Of a stretch of DNA of 64,000 bases, positions 36,150 to 47,819 are shown in pieces. Both the position numbers and the translations under genes were made by a program. Source of the stretch: Octopus sinensis (lineage: Eukaryota); the NCBI RefSeq assembly GCF_006345805.1, contig NC_043026.1, positions 4,030,001-4,094,000 on the forward strand, given 5' to 3'. A model generated the notes under the pieces. It worked only from the letters and a program-made list of their open reading frames with translations, was not told where the DNA came from and did not search any database. Position 1 is the first letter of the stretch. The number at the start of each line of letters is the position of its first letter.

Positions 36150-37680
36150 CAATCCTATGACTGGCACCTGGCAGATGCCAGGACACCTGGACTGGAGATA
36201 TGTAAAAAGCACCATCCGAATCGTGGCCGAAGCCAGCGCCGCCTCGACTGGCTTCCGTGTCGGTGGCACGTAAAAAGCACCATCCGAATCGTGGCCGAAG
36301 CCAGTGCCGCCTCGACTGGCTTCCGTGTCGGTGGCACGTAGAAAGCACCATCCGAATCGTGGCCGATGCCAGCGCCGCCTCGACTGGCTTCCGTGCAGGT
36401 GGCACGTAAAAAGCACCATCCGAATCGTGGCCGAAGCCAGCGCTGCCTCGACTGGCTTCCGTGTCGGTGGCACGTAAAAAGCACCATCCGAATCGTGGCC
36501 GATGCCAGCGCCGCCTTGACTAGCTTCCGTGTCGGTGGCACAGAAAAAGCACCATCCGAATCGTGGCCGAAGCCAGTGCCGCCTCAACTGGCTTCCGTGT
36601 CGGTACACGTAAAAGGCACCATCCGAATCGTGGCCGAAGCCAGTGCCGCCTCGACTGGCTTCCGTGCAGATGGCACGTAAAATGCACCAATCTGACCGTG
36701 GCCGATGCCAGCCTATTCTGGCTCCAGTGCAGGTGGCACGTAAAATGCACCCACTACACTCACGGAGTGGTTGGCGTTAAGAAGGGCATCAAGCTGTAGA
36801 AACATTGCCAGATAAGACCGGAGCCTGGGGCAGCCTTCTGGCTTCCCAGATCCCCGGTCGAACCGTCCAACCCATGCCAGCATGGAGAACGGACGTTAAA
36901 CGATGATGATGATTATTATTATTATTATTATTATTATATCCGAATTGTGGCCGATGCCAGCGCCGCCTCGACTGGCTTCCATGCAGGTGGCACGTAAAAA
37001 GCACCATCCGAATCGTGGCCGAAGCCAGTGCCGCCTCGACTGGCTTCCGTGCAGGTGGCACGTAAAATGCACCAATCCGACCGTGGCCGATGCCAGCTTC
37101 GACTGACTCCAGTGCAGGTGGAACGTAAAAAGCACCACTACACTCACGGAGTGGTTGGCGTTAGGAATGGCATCCAGCTGTAGAAACATTGCCAGATAAG
37201 ACCGGAGCCTGGTGCAGCCTTCTGGCTTCCCATATCCCCGGTCGAACCGTCCAACCCATGCCAGCATGGAGAACGGACGTTAAACGATGATGATGATTAT
37301 TATTATTATTATTATATCCGAATTGTGGCCGATGCCAGCGCCGCTTCGACTGGCTTCCGTGCAGGTGGCACGTAAAAAGCACCATCCGAATCGTGGCCGA
37401 AGCCAGTGCCGCCTCGATTGGCTTCCGTGCAGGTGGCACGTAAAAAGCACCAATCCGACCGTGGCCGATGCCAGCCTCGCCTGGCTCCAGTGCAGGTGGC
37501 ACGTAAAAAGCACCAGCTACACTCACGGAGTGGTTGGCGTTAGGAAGGGCATCCAGCTGTAGAAACATTGCCAGATAAGACTGGAGCCTGGGGCAGCCTT
37601 CTGGCTTCCCAGATCCCCGGTCGAACCGTCCAACCCATGCTAGCATGGAGAACGGACGTTAAACGATGATGATGATGATG
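36150..37680 (+). repeat. RTE 3' UTR-derived nested satellite: 68-bp units x~8, then ~380-bp units x3
   Basis: gcaccatccgaatcgtggcc at 36209, 36277, 36345, 36413, 36481, 36549 and 36616; ggacgttaaa at 36891, 37275 and 37654. Confidence 0.9.
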
Positions 37681-37886
37681 ATGTCCTAAACACCAATTTA
37701 GTAACACTGTGTAACACAATTTTTGTCTTAGGTAGCAATCGTTATTTCCTATTCGCTTACCCCTAGAAAGTATGAAAATTGAGGATCACAAAGGTTTAAT
37801 CCCGTAGCATTTAAACCTGCCATATCCAGCCTAAAGTGTGAGGATCTAATCTCTCACACCTACCCTACAATGTCAATCTAAAAATG

Positions 37887-38547
37887 TATTGGGTTGTCCG
37901 GAAAGTTTGTGCCGATTTATAGTAGCTTACCTTTCGACTTATTTTAGAACATGGTTGAGTCCATAAAATAGGATTTGACTACACCTCCATTTAGAGCACA
38001 GTTTAAGCTAGCTCTGCTTTTCTCTCAAGATATTGGGTTGTCTGGAAAGTTTGTGCCGATTTATAGTAGCTTACCTTTCGACTTATTTTAGAACATGGTT
38101 GAGTCCATAAAATAGGATTTTACTACACCTCCATTTAGAGCACAGTTTAAGCTAGCTCTGCTTTTCTCTCAAGATATTGGGTTGTCTGGAAAGTTCGTGC
38201 CGATTTATAGTAGCTTACCTTTTGACTTATTTTAGAACATGGTTGAGTCCATAAAATAGGATTTGACTACACCTCCATTTAGAGCCCAGTTTAAGCTAGC
38301 TCTGCTTTTGTCTCAAGATATTGGGTTGTCTGGAAAGTTTGTGCCGATTTATAGTAGCTTACCTTTTGACTTATTTTAGAACATGGTTGAGTCCATAAAA
38401 TAGGATTTGACTACACCTCCATTTAGAGCACAGTTTAAGCTATCTTTTCGTGGAAGAGGGTTTATGTTCCTATAACCTGTGTTAATTCTGTAACCCTTTA
38501 AAATGGAAGATAAGAAAGTTCATTTTCGGCACTTGATGCTTTGGGAA
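37887..38547 (+). mobile_element. Mariner left end repeated 4 times (144 bp), last copy running into a truncated transposase start
   Basis: TA+TTGGGTTGTC at 37887, 38031, 38175 and 38319; ATG 38503 gives MEDKKVHFRHLMLWE, like the mariner transposase N-terminus. Confidence 0.75.
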
Positions 38548-38679
38548 CCAGACAAAAATTGCTGCAGCTCGGCTGGGATGTGTTACCCCACCCTCCATAT
38601 TCAGAGGTTTGATAACACTGTGTAACAAAGTTTGAAGGGAATAATAGTAGTAATTTCTGGATGGAGTCAAATGGGAAAT

Positions 38680-40385
38680 AACACTTATTGACCAAAGACA
38701 ATAAGGAAATCTTTTGTATTGAGCAGAATATTTACTCTAAAGAGATTTCTGCTTGAGCAACCCAGTGCTGAATCGATCTGAAATGCAATGGAAAAATAGG
38801 CGAGTTTATAAACATTGATGTCCAGACCACAACAGCAAAGTGTGAAGGGAATGGTAGTCATTTCCTTTGATTTCTAGATAGAATCAAATAGGAAATAACA
38901 CTTATTGACCAAAGACAACAAGGAAATCTCTGGTATTGAGCAGAATATTTGCTAAAAAGATATTTTGTCTTCAGCAGCTCAGCATTGAATCTGTCTGAAA
39001 TGCAGTGTAAAATGGGTCAGTTTTAAAACGTTCATGTCCAGCTCATAAAAGCAAAGCGTGAAGGGAATGGTAGTCACTTCCTTTGATTTCTAGATAGAAT
39101 CAAATAGGAAATAACACTTATTGAACAAAGACAACAAGGAAATCTGTGGTGTTGAGCAAAATATTTGCTAAAAAGATATTTTGTCTTCAGCAGCTCAGCA
39201 TTGAATCTGTCTGAAATGCAGTGTAAAATGGGTCAGTTTTAAAACGTTTGTGTCCAGCTCATAAAAGCAAAGCGTGAAGGGAATGGTAGCCACTTCCTTT
39301 GATTTCTAGATAGAATCAAATAGGAAATAACACTTATTGACCAAAGACAACAAGACTTGACTTGACTTGAGACAGCATCCACCCGGGGTGGGTTGAGCTG
39401 GCTTCATTCATCCTCAATGCTGCATCTCTCACAAACGCCGACCAGGCCTGGCGATTTGAGGCTAATGACCGCATGATCTCCAACCACTCCTTATTCCAGT
39501 GGCGAACGCCGTAGATATGGGGGCCAAGTTGGGTTCCAGATCAGTCTTGACTGTCATCAGCCAGGTTTTTCGTTGTCCACCACATTGCTTTCGCCAACCC
39601 TGAAGGGGAGCTGGGACAATTGCTTCGTAGGTTGGGTCCCAGATCAGTCTTGACTGTCATCAGCCAGGTTTTTCGTTGTCCACCACATTGCTTTCGCCAA
39701 CCCTGAAGGGGAGCTGGGACAATTGCTTCGTAGGTTGGGTTCCAGATCAGCCTTGACTGTCATCAGCCAGGTTTTTCGTTGTCCACCACATTGCTTTCGC
39801 CAACCCTGAAGGGGAGCTGGGGCAATTGGTTTGTAGATGAATTCTCCTGGTTGACGACAGACGGCATGACCCAGTCAATGCAGACATCTCGTTAGGATGA
39901 CTTGTCGGAGGGAGGTGATTCTGCACTGGTGTCGCACTGAATTGTTGGAGACAAAGTGATGCCATCTGACACGAAGGATGTGGTGTAGACAGAGGTGATC
40001 GAAGGATTCTAGTCGCTTAATAGAAAGACAAGAAGGAAATCTGTGGTATTGAGCAGAATATTTACTCCAAAGATATTCCTGCTTCTGCAACTCAGCACTG
40101 AATCTATCAGAAATGTAATGGAAAAATAGGTCAGTTTCAAAACATTGGTGTCCATGTCACAAAAGCGAAGCGTGAAGGGAATGGTAGTCATTTCCTTTGA
40201 TTTCTAGATTGAAGCAAATAGAAAAGAACACTTATTGACCAAAGACAACAAGGAAATCTCTAGTGTTGAGCAGAATATTTACTCTAAAGATATTCCTGCT
40301 TCTGCAACTCAGCGCTGAATCTATCAGAAATGTAACGGAAAAATAGGTGAGTTTCAAAACATTGATGTCCAGGTGACAAAACTAG
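38680..40385. repeat. ~216-bp tandem repeat (~6 units) interrupted by a LINE
   Basis: ttattga.caaagacaa at 38685, 38902, 39118, 39334 and 40232. Confidence 0.85.
39357..40020 (-). mobile_element. RTE-clade LINE 3' fragment with (CAAGT)n tail
   Basis: Minus strand encodes RLESFDHLCLHHILRVRWHHFVSNNSVR and GGQRKTW (the latter in a 103-bp triplication); tail caagtcaagtcaagtc. Confidence 0.8.
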
Positions 40386-40475
40386 TCGGTCTTATCATCT
40401 GAATATCCTAATATTATTAAAATTCCTTTATTTTTTAAATTAAAAAAAAAAAATTTTTAATTTCTTTTACCACAG

Positions 40476-40603
40476 AAGCTGGAAAGATGGCGCTGAATAT
40501 CTTCAAGCAGCAGGGCCTGCCCCACACTGTAGCAGATGGAGAGACAAACGACACCGTTGTTGATCCTGTTGTTGAGACAGTTGTTGGGGACACTAACGAC
40601 CAA
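40476..40603 (+). CDS. GABPB1: GABPB coding exon 8 (EAGKMALNIFKQQG...DTNDQ)
   Basis: cacag acceptor, gtaagc donor, 128 nt, phase 1 to 0. Confidence 0.9.
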
Positions 40604-41279
40604 GTAAGCATCTCTCTTTCAACATTTTCACTGGTTTCACTCTTGAAGGGTTTCGTCGGACATATCGACCACAGTGCTTGTTTTTTGGTCTGGTTTTTGT
40701 TCTATTGGACCCTTTTTGCCGAACTGCTAGGTTACATTGGTTGTCAAGTAGCAGTAGGGGACAAAACCGAACACACACATAGACATATACATACATATAC
40801 ACACATACATACATATATATATCATCATCATCATCATCATCATCCAGTGTTTTAAATCCAGGTTTTGTCCCCGTTAACTGGTGTGGCCAGATCTACCTCA
40901 ATGCCATAGGAACTGAGGCTGGCGGTTGCCCATTCTCCTTTGCTATCATTTTGGAGATGGATTTTCTACAGGGAGCATGCCCATGCACACACACACACAC
41001 ACACACACATATATGTATATATATATTTTTTCTTTACTTGTTTCAGTCATTTGACTGTGGCCATGCTGGAGCATCGCCTTTAATATGTATGTATATATAC
41101 ACACACACACACAAATATATGTGTATATATATACACACACACATATATGTATATATATATGTGTGTGTATTTATATATACATATATACACACACACACAC
41201 ATACATACATTATATATACATATATATAATATATATATACATACATATATATATATATATATAGTTATATATATCATCA

Positions 41280-41830
41280 TCATCATCATTTAACGTCCGT
41301 TCTCCATGCTAGCATGGGTTGGACGGTTCGACCGGGGTCTGGGAAGTCAGGAGGCTGCACCAGGCTCAGTCTGTTCTGGCAGTGTTTCTACAGCTGGGTG
41401 CCCTTCCTAACGCCAACCACTCTACGAGTGTAGTGGGTGCTTTTTATGTGCCACCGGCGGCTGGCAGCGGTCACGATTGGTTGGTGCTTTTTACATGCCA
41501 CCAGCACGGAAGCCAGTCAAGGCAACACTGGCATTGGCCACGATCAGATGGTGCTTTTTACGTGCCACCGGCACAGGTATCACTACTACAATTTCCATTT
41601 GATATTTATTTTGATGTTGATGTACTTGACTCAATAGGTCTCCTAAGGTACTTTGGACGGGCTGGGGCTGCTATGCAAAACTGGTGCAGGAAACAGCCAT
41701 GAACTCCCATTATTTGTCGGGTCTTTGCAGTCACAGCATATCTCCAGAGATCTCGGTCTTTCGTCATTGCCTCTGTGAGGCCCAGCATTCGAAGGTCATG
41801 CTTGACCACCTCATCCCATGTCTTCCTAGG
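41280..41830 (-). mobile_element. RTE LINE: end of ORF joined to the family D 3' UTR
   Basis: RPRKTWDEVVKHDLRMLGLTEAMTKDRDLWRYAV continues into the family D sequence and (GAT)n tail, showing family D is this LINE's 3' UTR. Second copy at 45240-46080. Confidence 0.8.
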
Positions 41831-41859
41831 TCTATATATATATATATATATATATAATA

Positions 41860-42090
41860 GGCGGCAAGCTGGTAGAAACGTTAGCACGCCGGGCGAAATT
41901 CATAGCAGTATTTCGTCTGTCGTTACGTTCTGAGTTCAAATTCGCCCGAGGTTGACTTTGCCTTTCATCCTTTCGGGGTTGATAAATAAGTACCAGTTAC
42001 GCACTGGGGTCGATGTAATCGACTTAATCCCTTTGTCTGTCCTTGTTTGTCCCCTCTATGTTTAGCCCCTTGTGGGTAGTAAAGAAATAT
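41860..42090 (+). mobile_element. SINE family B
   Basis: Full copy. Confidence 0.85.
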
Positions 42091-42102
42091 ATATATATAT
42101 CA

Positions 42103-42795
42103 CCGTGACCGACCAGGCTATCAGATGTTGCTACACATCGCTGGTCACAATACGCTTCGCATTGTTTTAGCCTTCAAATGACGCCACCCCGCTGGCTAAG
42201 TGAGCAGGCCAACAGAAGAAAGAGTGAGAGAAAGTTGTGGCAAAAGAGTACAGCAGGGATTGCCTCCACATCCTGCTGGAGCCTTGTGGAGCTTTTAGGT
42301 GCTTTCGCTCAATAAACACTCGCAACGCCCGGTCTGGGAATCGAAACCGCGATCCTACGACCGCGAGTCCGCTGCCCTAACCACTGGGCCATTGCGCCTC
42401 TACACAGACACACACACACATATATATGGAAGCACTCCGTCGGTTACGACTATGAGGGTTCCAGTTGATCCGATCAACGGAACAGCCTGCTTGTGAAATT
42501 AACGTGTAAGTGGCTGAGCACTCCACAGACACGTGTACCTTTAACGTAGTTCTCGGGGGATATTCAGCGTGACACAGAGAGTGACAAGGCCGGCCCCTTT
42601 GAAATACAGGTACAACAGAAACAGGAAGTAAGAGTGAGAGAAAGTTGTGGTGAAAGAGTACAGCAGGGATCACCACCACCCCCTGCCGGAGCCTCGTGGA
42701 GCTTTAGGTGTTTTTCGCTCAATAAACACTCACAACGCCCGGTCTGGGAATCGAAACCGCGAGTCCGCTGCCCTAACCACTGGGCCATTGTGCCT
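42103..42795 (-). mobile_element. Two adjacent SINE C copies, short-tail (42103-42398) and long-tail (42426-42795)
   Basis: Shared head, different tails. Confidence 0.85.
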
Positions 42796-42894
42796 CTACA
42801 CAGACACACACACATATATATATACATACATACGCTGTAATAGTGAACCACTAATTTTGTATTACCCTGCATTATATCACATTGTGTGTTCCAT

Positions 42895-43287
42895 ACTCTT
42901 TTACATGTTTCAGTCATTTGACTGCGGCCATGCTGGAGCACCGCCTTTAGTCGAGCAAATCGACCCCGGGACTTATTCTTTGTAAGCCCAGTACTTATTC
43001 TATCGGTCTCTTTTTGCCGAACCACTAGGTGACGGGGACGTAAACACACCAGCATCGGTTGTCAAGCAATGCTAGGAGGACAAACACACACACACATACA
43101 TACATACATATATATATATACATATATACGACAGGCTTCTTTCAGTTTCCGTCTACCAAATTCACTCACAAGGCACTGGTCGGCCCCGGGGCTATAGCAG
43201 AAGACACTTGCCCAAGATGCCACGCAGTGGGACTGAACCCGGAACCATGTGGCTGGTTAGCAAGCTACTTACCACACAGCCACTCCG
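42895..43287 (-). mobile_element. SINE family A
   Basis: Full reverse-complement copy. Confidence 0.9.
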
Positions 43288-43321
43288 GTAATTTTTTTTT
43301 ATGTTTCTTTTTACTTTTCAG

Positions 43322-43427
43322 AAGGTCATCACCATAGTAACAACAGATCAAGCCGAAGAGGAACCAGTTATAGTGACAGTGACCCCAGATGTTTCAAATG
43401 AAGCTGCATTGACTGTAGAGTCAGCCG
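43322..43427 (+). CDS. GABPB1: GABPB coding exon 9 (KVITIVTTDQAEEEPVIVTVTP...VESA)
   Basis: ttttcag acceptor, gtaatt donor, 106 nt, phase 0 to 1; VITIVT motif as in vertebrate GABPB. Confidence 0.88.
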
Positions 43428-43609
43428 GTAATTAACAACATCTTATTGTTGTTGTTGTTGTTTATTCTCCTTCCATCTTCCTCCGCCTCCCAGGTCAGCC
43501 CCGATTCAGCTCTCCTATAATTAAGGCTTTGCAGACTTTTATCACCCTGTTGGCGGGGAGGTGTCTCCCTTATTGGTTCATACACATATATATATATACA
43601 TACTTAAGA

Positions 43610-44580
43610 CTATAAGGTGTGATTTGAGGGAGATTTGGCTGCTGTTTCTACAAGTACATTATCTAATATGTGTTTTACCTTTTTAAAAGGTCAGGGTGCA
43701 TTGAGGGAGATTTGGCTGTTATTTCTAGTGTGTCTTGCTCTCTGTAGGGGGTCTCCCTCCTTGGCTCATACATAAGGCAATAAGGTGTGATTTGAGAGAG
43801 ATTTGGCTGCTATGTCTACAAGTACACTACCTAATATGTGTTTTACCTTTTTAAAAGGTCAGGGTGCATTGAGGGAGATTTAGCTGTTTTTTCTAGCAGG
43901 TCTTGCTCTCTGTAGGGGGTCTCCCTTCTTGGCTCATACATAAGACAATAAGGTGTGATTTGAGAGAGATTTGGCTGCTATGTCTACAAGTACATTACTT
44001 AATATGTGTTTTACTGTTTTTAAAGAAGGTCAGGGTGCATTGAGAGAGATTTGGCTGTTATTTCTAGTGTGTCTTGCTCTCTGTAGGGGGTCTCCTTCCT
44101 TGGCTCATACATAAGACAATAAGGTGTGATTTGAGAGAGATTTGGCTGCTATGTCTACAAGTACATTACCTATGTGTTTTACCTTTTTAAAAGGTCAGGG
44201 TGCATTGAGGGAGATTTGGCTGTTATTTCTAGTGTGTCTTGCTCTGTAGGGGGTCTCCCTCCTTGGCTCATACATAAGACAGTAAGGTGTGATTTGAGAG
44301 AGATTTGGCTGCTATGTCTACAAGTACATTATCTAATATGTGTTTTACCGTTTTTAAAGAAGGTAAGCATGCATTGAGGGAGATTTAGCTGTTTTTTCTA
44401 GTATGTCTTGCTCTCTGTAGGGGGTTTCCTCCTTGGCTCATACATAAGACAGTAAGGTGTGATTTGAGGGAGATTTGGCTATGTCTACAAGTACATTACC
44501 TAATATGTGTTTTAGGGAGATTTGGCTGTTATTTCTAGCAAGTCTTGCTCCCTGTAGAGGGTCTCCCTCATTGGCTCATA
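43610..44580. repeat. ~168-bp tandem repeat x6 built on gagggagatttggctg.tatttcta
   Basis: aaggtgtgatttgag near 43614, 43782, 43951, 44121, 44284 and 44454. Confidence 0.9.
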
Positions 44581-44672
44581 CATACATATGTTATTGACTT
44601 GCACCCTCCCCCAAAATTTCAGGCCTTGTTCCTTTAATATAAGTGATTAGTATCATTATTATTATTATTAAA

Positions 44673-44975
44673 GTGGAGGCGCAATGGCCTAGTGGTTAGG
44701 GCAGGGGACTCGCGGTCGCAGGATCGCGGTTTCAATTCCCAGACCAGGCATTGTGAGTGTTTATTGAGCGAAAACACCTAAAAGCTGCACGAGGCTCCGG
44801 CAGGGAGTGGTGATCCCTGCTGTACTCTTTCACCACTCTTTCTCCCACTCTTTCATCTGTTGGCCTGCTCGCTTAGCCAGCGGGGTGGCGTCATTCAAAG
44901 GCTAAAACAATGCGAACGCATTGTGACCAGCGATGTGTAACAACATCTGATGGTCTGGTCGGTCACGTGATCACG
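44673..44975 (+). mobile_element. SINE family C, short tail
   Basis: Matches 24298-24575. Confidence 0.85.
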
Positions 44976-45112
44976 TGATTATTATTATTAAAGGTGGCAG
45001 AGCTGGGCAAATTATTATTATTATTATTATTATTGCATTTAATCTTACCTGAAACAACTTCACACCTTCTGACTAATATATTCATCTTCCCTCTCTCTCT
45101 CTCTCTTTACAG

Positions 45113-45198
45113 AAGAACAACCCCCTCCAGCTAAGAAATGCCGGGTGGAAGCTGAAGAAGAGACCACAGAGGCAGTACAGCTGGATGACATCTTAGAG
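45113..45198 (+). CDS. GABPB1: GABPB coding exon 10 with NLS (EEQPPPAKKCRVEAEEE...DILE)
   Basis: (CT)n tract plus ag, gtatgg donor, 86 nt, phase 1 to 0; PPAKK-type NLS. Confidence 0.9.
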
Positions 45199-46089
45199 GT
45201 ATGGCTTTTGTCATTTATGTATGTGTGTGTGTGTGTGTCGGATGGTGCTTTTTACATGCTACTGGCACAGGGCCAACAACTAAAATTTCCATTTGACTTG
45301 ATTTTGATATTGTTGATGCTGATGTACTTGACTCAATAGGTCTCCTCAAGCACAGCATGTCGCCCTACGATCCAAGGTGCTTTTGAATGGGCTGGTTATG
45401 CAACACTGGTGTAGGTTACCTATTTCTTTACTACCCACAAGGGACTAAACACAGAGGGGACAAACGGATTAAGTCGATTACATCGGCCCCAGTGCGTAAC
45501 TGGTACTTAATTTATCGACCCCGAAAGGATGAAAGGCAAAGTCGACCTCGGCGGAATTTGAACTCAGACGAAATACCTATTTCTTTACTACCCACAAGGG
45601 ACTAAACACAGAGGGGACAAACAAGGACAGACAAACGGATTAAGTTGATTACATCGACCCCAGTGCGTAACTGGTACTTAATTTATCAACCCCGAAAGGA
45701 TGAAAGGCAAAGTCGACCTCGGCGGAATTTGAACTCAGAACGTAACGGCAGACGAAATACGGCTACGCATTTCGCCCGGCGTGCTAACGTTTCTGCCAGC
45801 TCGCTGCCTTCTACACTGGTGTAGGTTACAACTGTGGACTCACTTTATTTGCCGGGTCTTCTCAGTCACAGCATACCTCCAGAGGTCTCGGTCTTTTGTC
45901 ATTGACTCTGTCAGGCCCAACATTCAAAGGTCATGCTTCACCATGTCATCCCATGTCCTCCTGGGTCTCCCCCTCTACCCCAGATTCCTTCCACTGCTTG
46001 GGAGTGGCATTTCTTCACACAGCTCTTCTTGTCCATCCACAGTACGTGACCATACCAACATAAACGTCTTTCTTGCACGCCACATCCAA

Positions 46090-46142
<53 letters not shown>

Positions 46143-46144
46143 TA

Positions 46145-46517
46145 CTCTTTTACTTGTTTCAGTCATTTGACTGTGGCCATGTTGGAGCACCGCCTTTAGT
46201 CAAGCAAATCGACCCCGGGACTTATTCTTTTGTAAGCCCAGCACTTATTCTATCGGTCTCTTTTGCCAAACCGCTAGTGCCGTGGACGTAAACACACCAG
46301 CATCGGTTGTCAAGCAATGCTAGGGGGACAAACACAGACACACATACATATATACGACAGGCTTCTTTCAGTTTCCATCTACCAAATCCACTCACAAGGC
46401 ATTGGTCGGCCCGAGGCTATAGCAGAAGACACTTGCCCAAGATGTCATGTGGTGGGACTGAACCCGGAACAATGTGGTTGGTAAGCAAGCTACTTACCAC
46501 ACAGCCACTCCTGTGCC
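46145..46517 (-). mobile_element. SINE family A
   Basis: Full reverse-complement copy. Confidence 0.9.
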
Positions 46518-46913
46518 TATATATATATATGTGTGTGTGTATATATATATGTGTGTGTATATATATACATATATATATATATATATTATAATCACAATAA
46601 TAATAATAGGGAATATAATTCCAAAACTTACCGGGAAAAATTCAATTTAACAATTTTAAATCAAATTTCACAATATATAATATATGTATATAATTTAGTG
46701 AAAAACCTCTATTAAACAATTCAATAATCAAAGATGTTCTAAAAATCAATAAAGTACAATAAATAGTAAATAGCAGTACTATTTACTATTTATCGTACTT
46801 TATTGATTTTTAAAATAAGGTTTTTATAGTATGTTTTCTATATGGTGTGAATAACATCTTTATTTATTGAATTGTTTAATAGAGGTTTTTCTCTAAATTA
46901 TATATATATATAT

Positions 46914-47085
46914 AGGCGCAGGAGTGGCTGTGTGGTAAGTAGCTTGCTAACCAACCACATGGTTCCGGGTTCAGTCCCACTGCGTGGCATCTTGGGCAAG
47001 TGTCTTCTGCTATAGCCCCGGGCCGACCAATGCCTTGTGAGTGGATTTGGTAGACAGAAACTGAAAGAAGCCTGTCGTATATATG

Positions 47086-47122
<37 letters not shown>

Positions 47123-47325
47123 TTGTGTTTGTCGTGTTTGTCCCCCTAGCATTGCTTGACAACCGATGCTGGTGTGTTTACGTCCCCGTCACCTAGCGGT
47201 TCGGCAAAAGAGACTGATAGAATAAGTACTGGGCTTACAAAGAATAAGTCCCGGGGTCGATTTGCTCAACTAAAAGGCGGTGCTCCAGCATGGCCGCAGT
47301 CAAATGACTGAAACAAGTAAAAGAC
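46914..47325 (+). mobile_element. SINE family A
   Basis: Full copy. Confidence 0.9.
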
Positions 47326-47335
47326 TAATATACGT

Positions 47336-47637
47336 GGAGGCGCAATGGCCCAGTGGTTAGGGCAGCGGACTCGCGGTCGTAGGATCATGGTTTCAATCCC
47401 CAGACTGGGCGTTGTGAGTGTTTATTGAGCGAAGACACCCAAAGTTCCACGAGGCTCCTGCAGGGGGTGGTGGCGATCCCTGCTGTACTCTTTCGCCACA
47501 ACTCTCTCTCACTCTTTCTTCTGTTGGCCTGCTCACTTAGCCAGCGGGGTGGCGTCATTTGAAGGCTAAAACAATGCAAAGCGCATTGTGACCAGCGATG
47601 TGTAGCAACATCTGATAGCCTGGTCAGTCACAGTGAT
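47336..47637 (+). mobile_element. SINE family C, short tail
   Basis: Matches 24298-24575. Confidence 0.85.
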
Positions 47638-47819
47638 ATATATATATATACAAAGAATAAGTTTCAGGGCTGATTTCTTCAACTAGAACTTAGTAAGGCT
47701 GTGCTCCAGTATTGCCACAGTCTAATGACTGAAACAAGTAAAGGAGTAAATACACCTGAAGTGAAAACCTTTCATGGACCTTTAAAATACTATTTACTAT
47801 TTATTATTACGGAGATGTA

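Noticed and set aside
36082-37646. Repetitive ORFs (MPPARKPVEAALASATIRMV...)
   Set aside because: Translations of the 68-bp LINE UTR repeat; the same peptides appear at other repeat copies.
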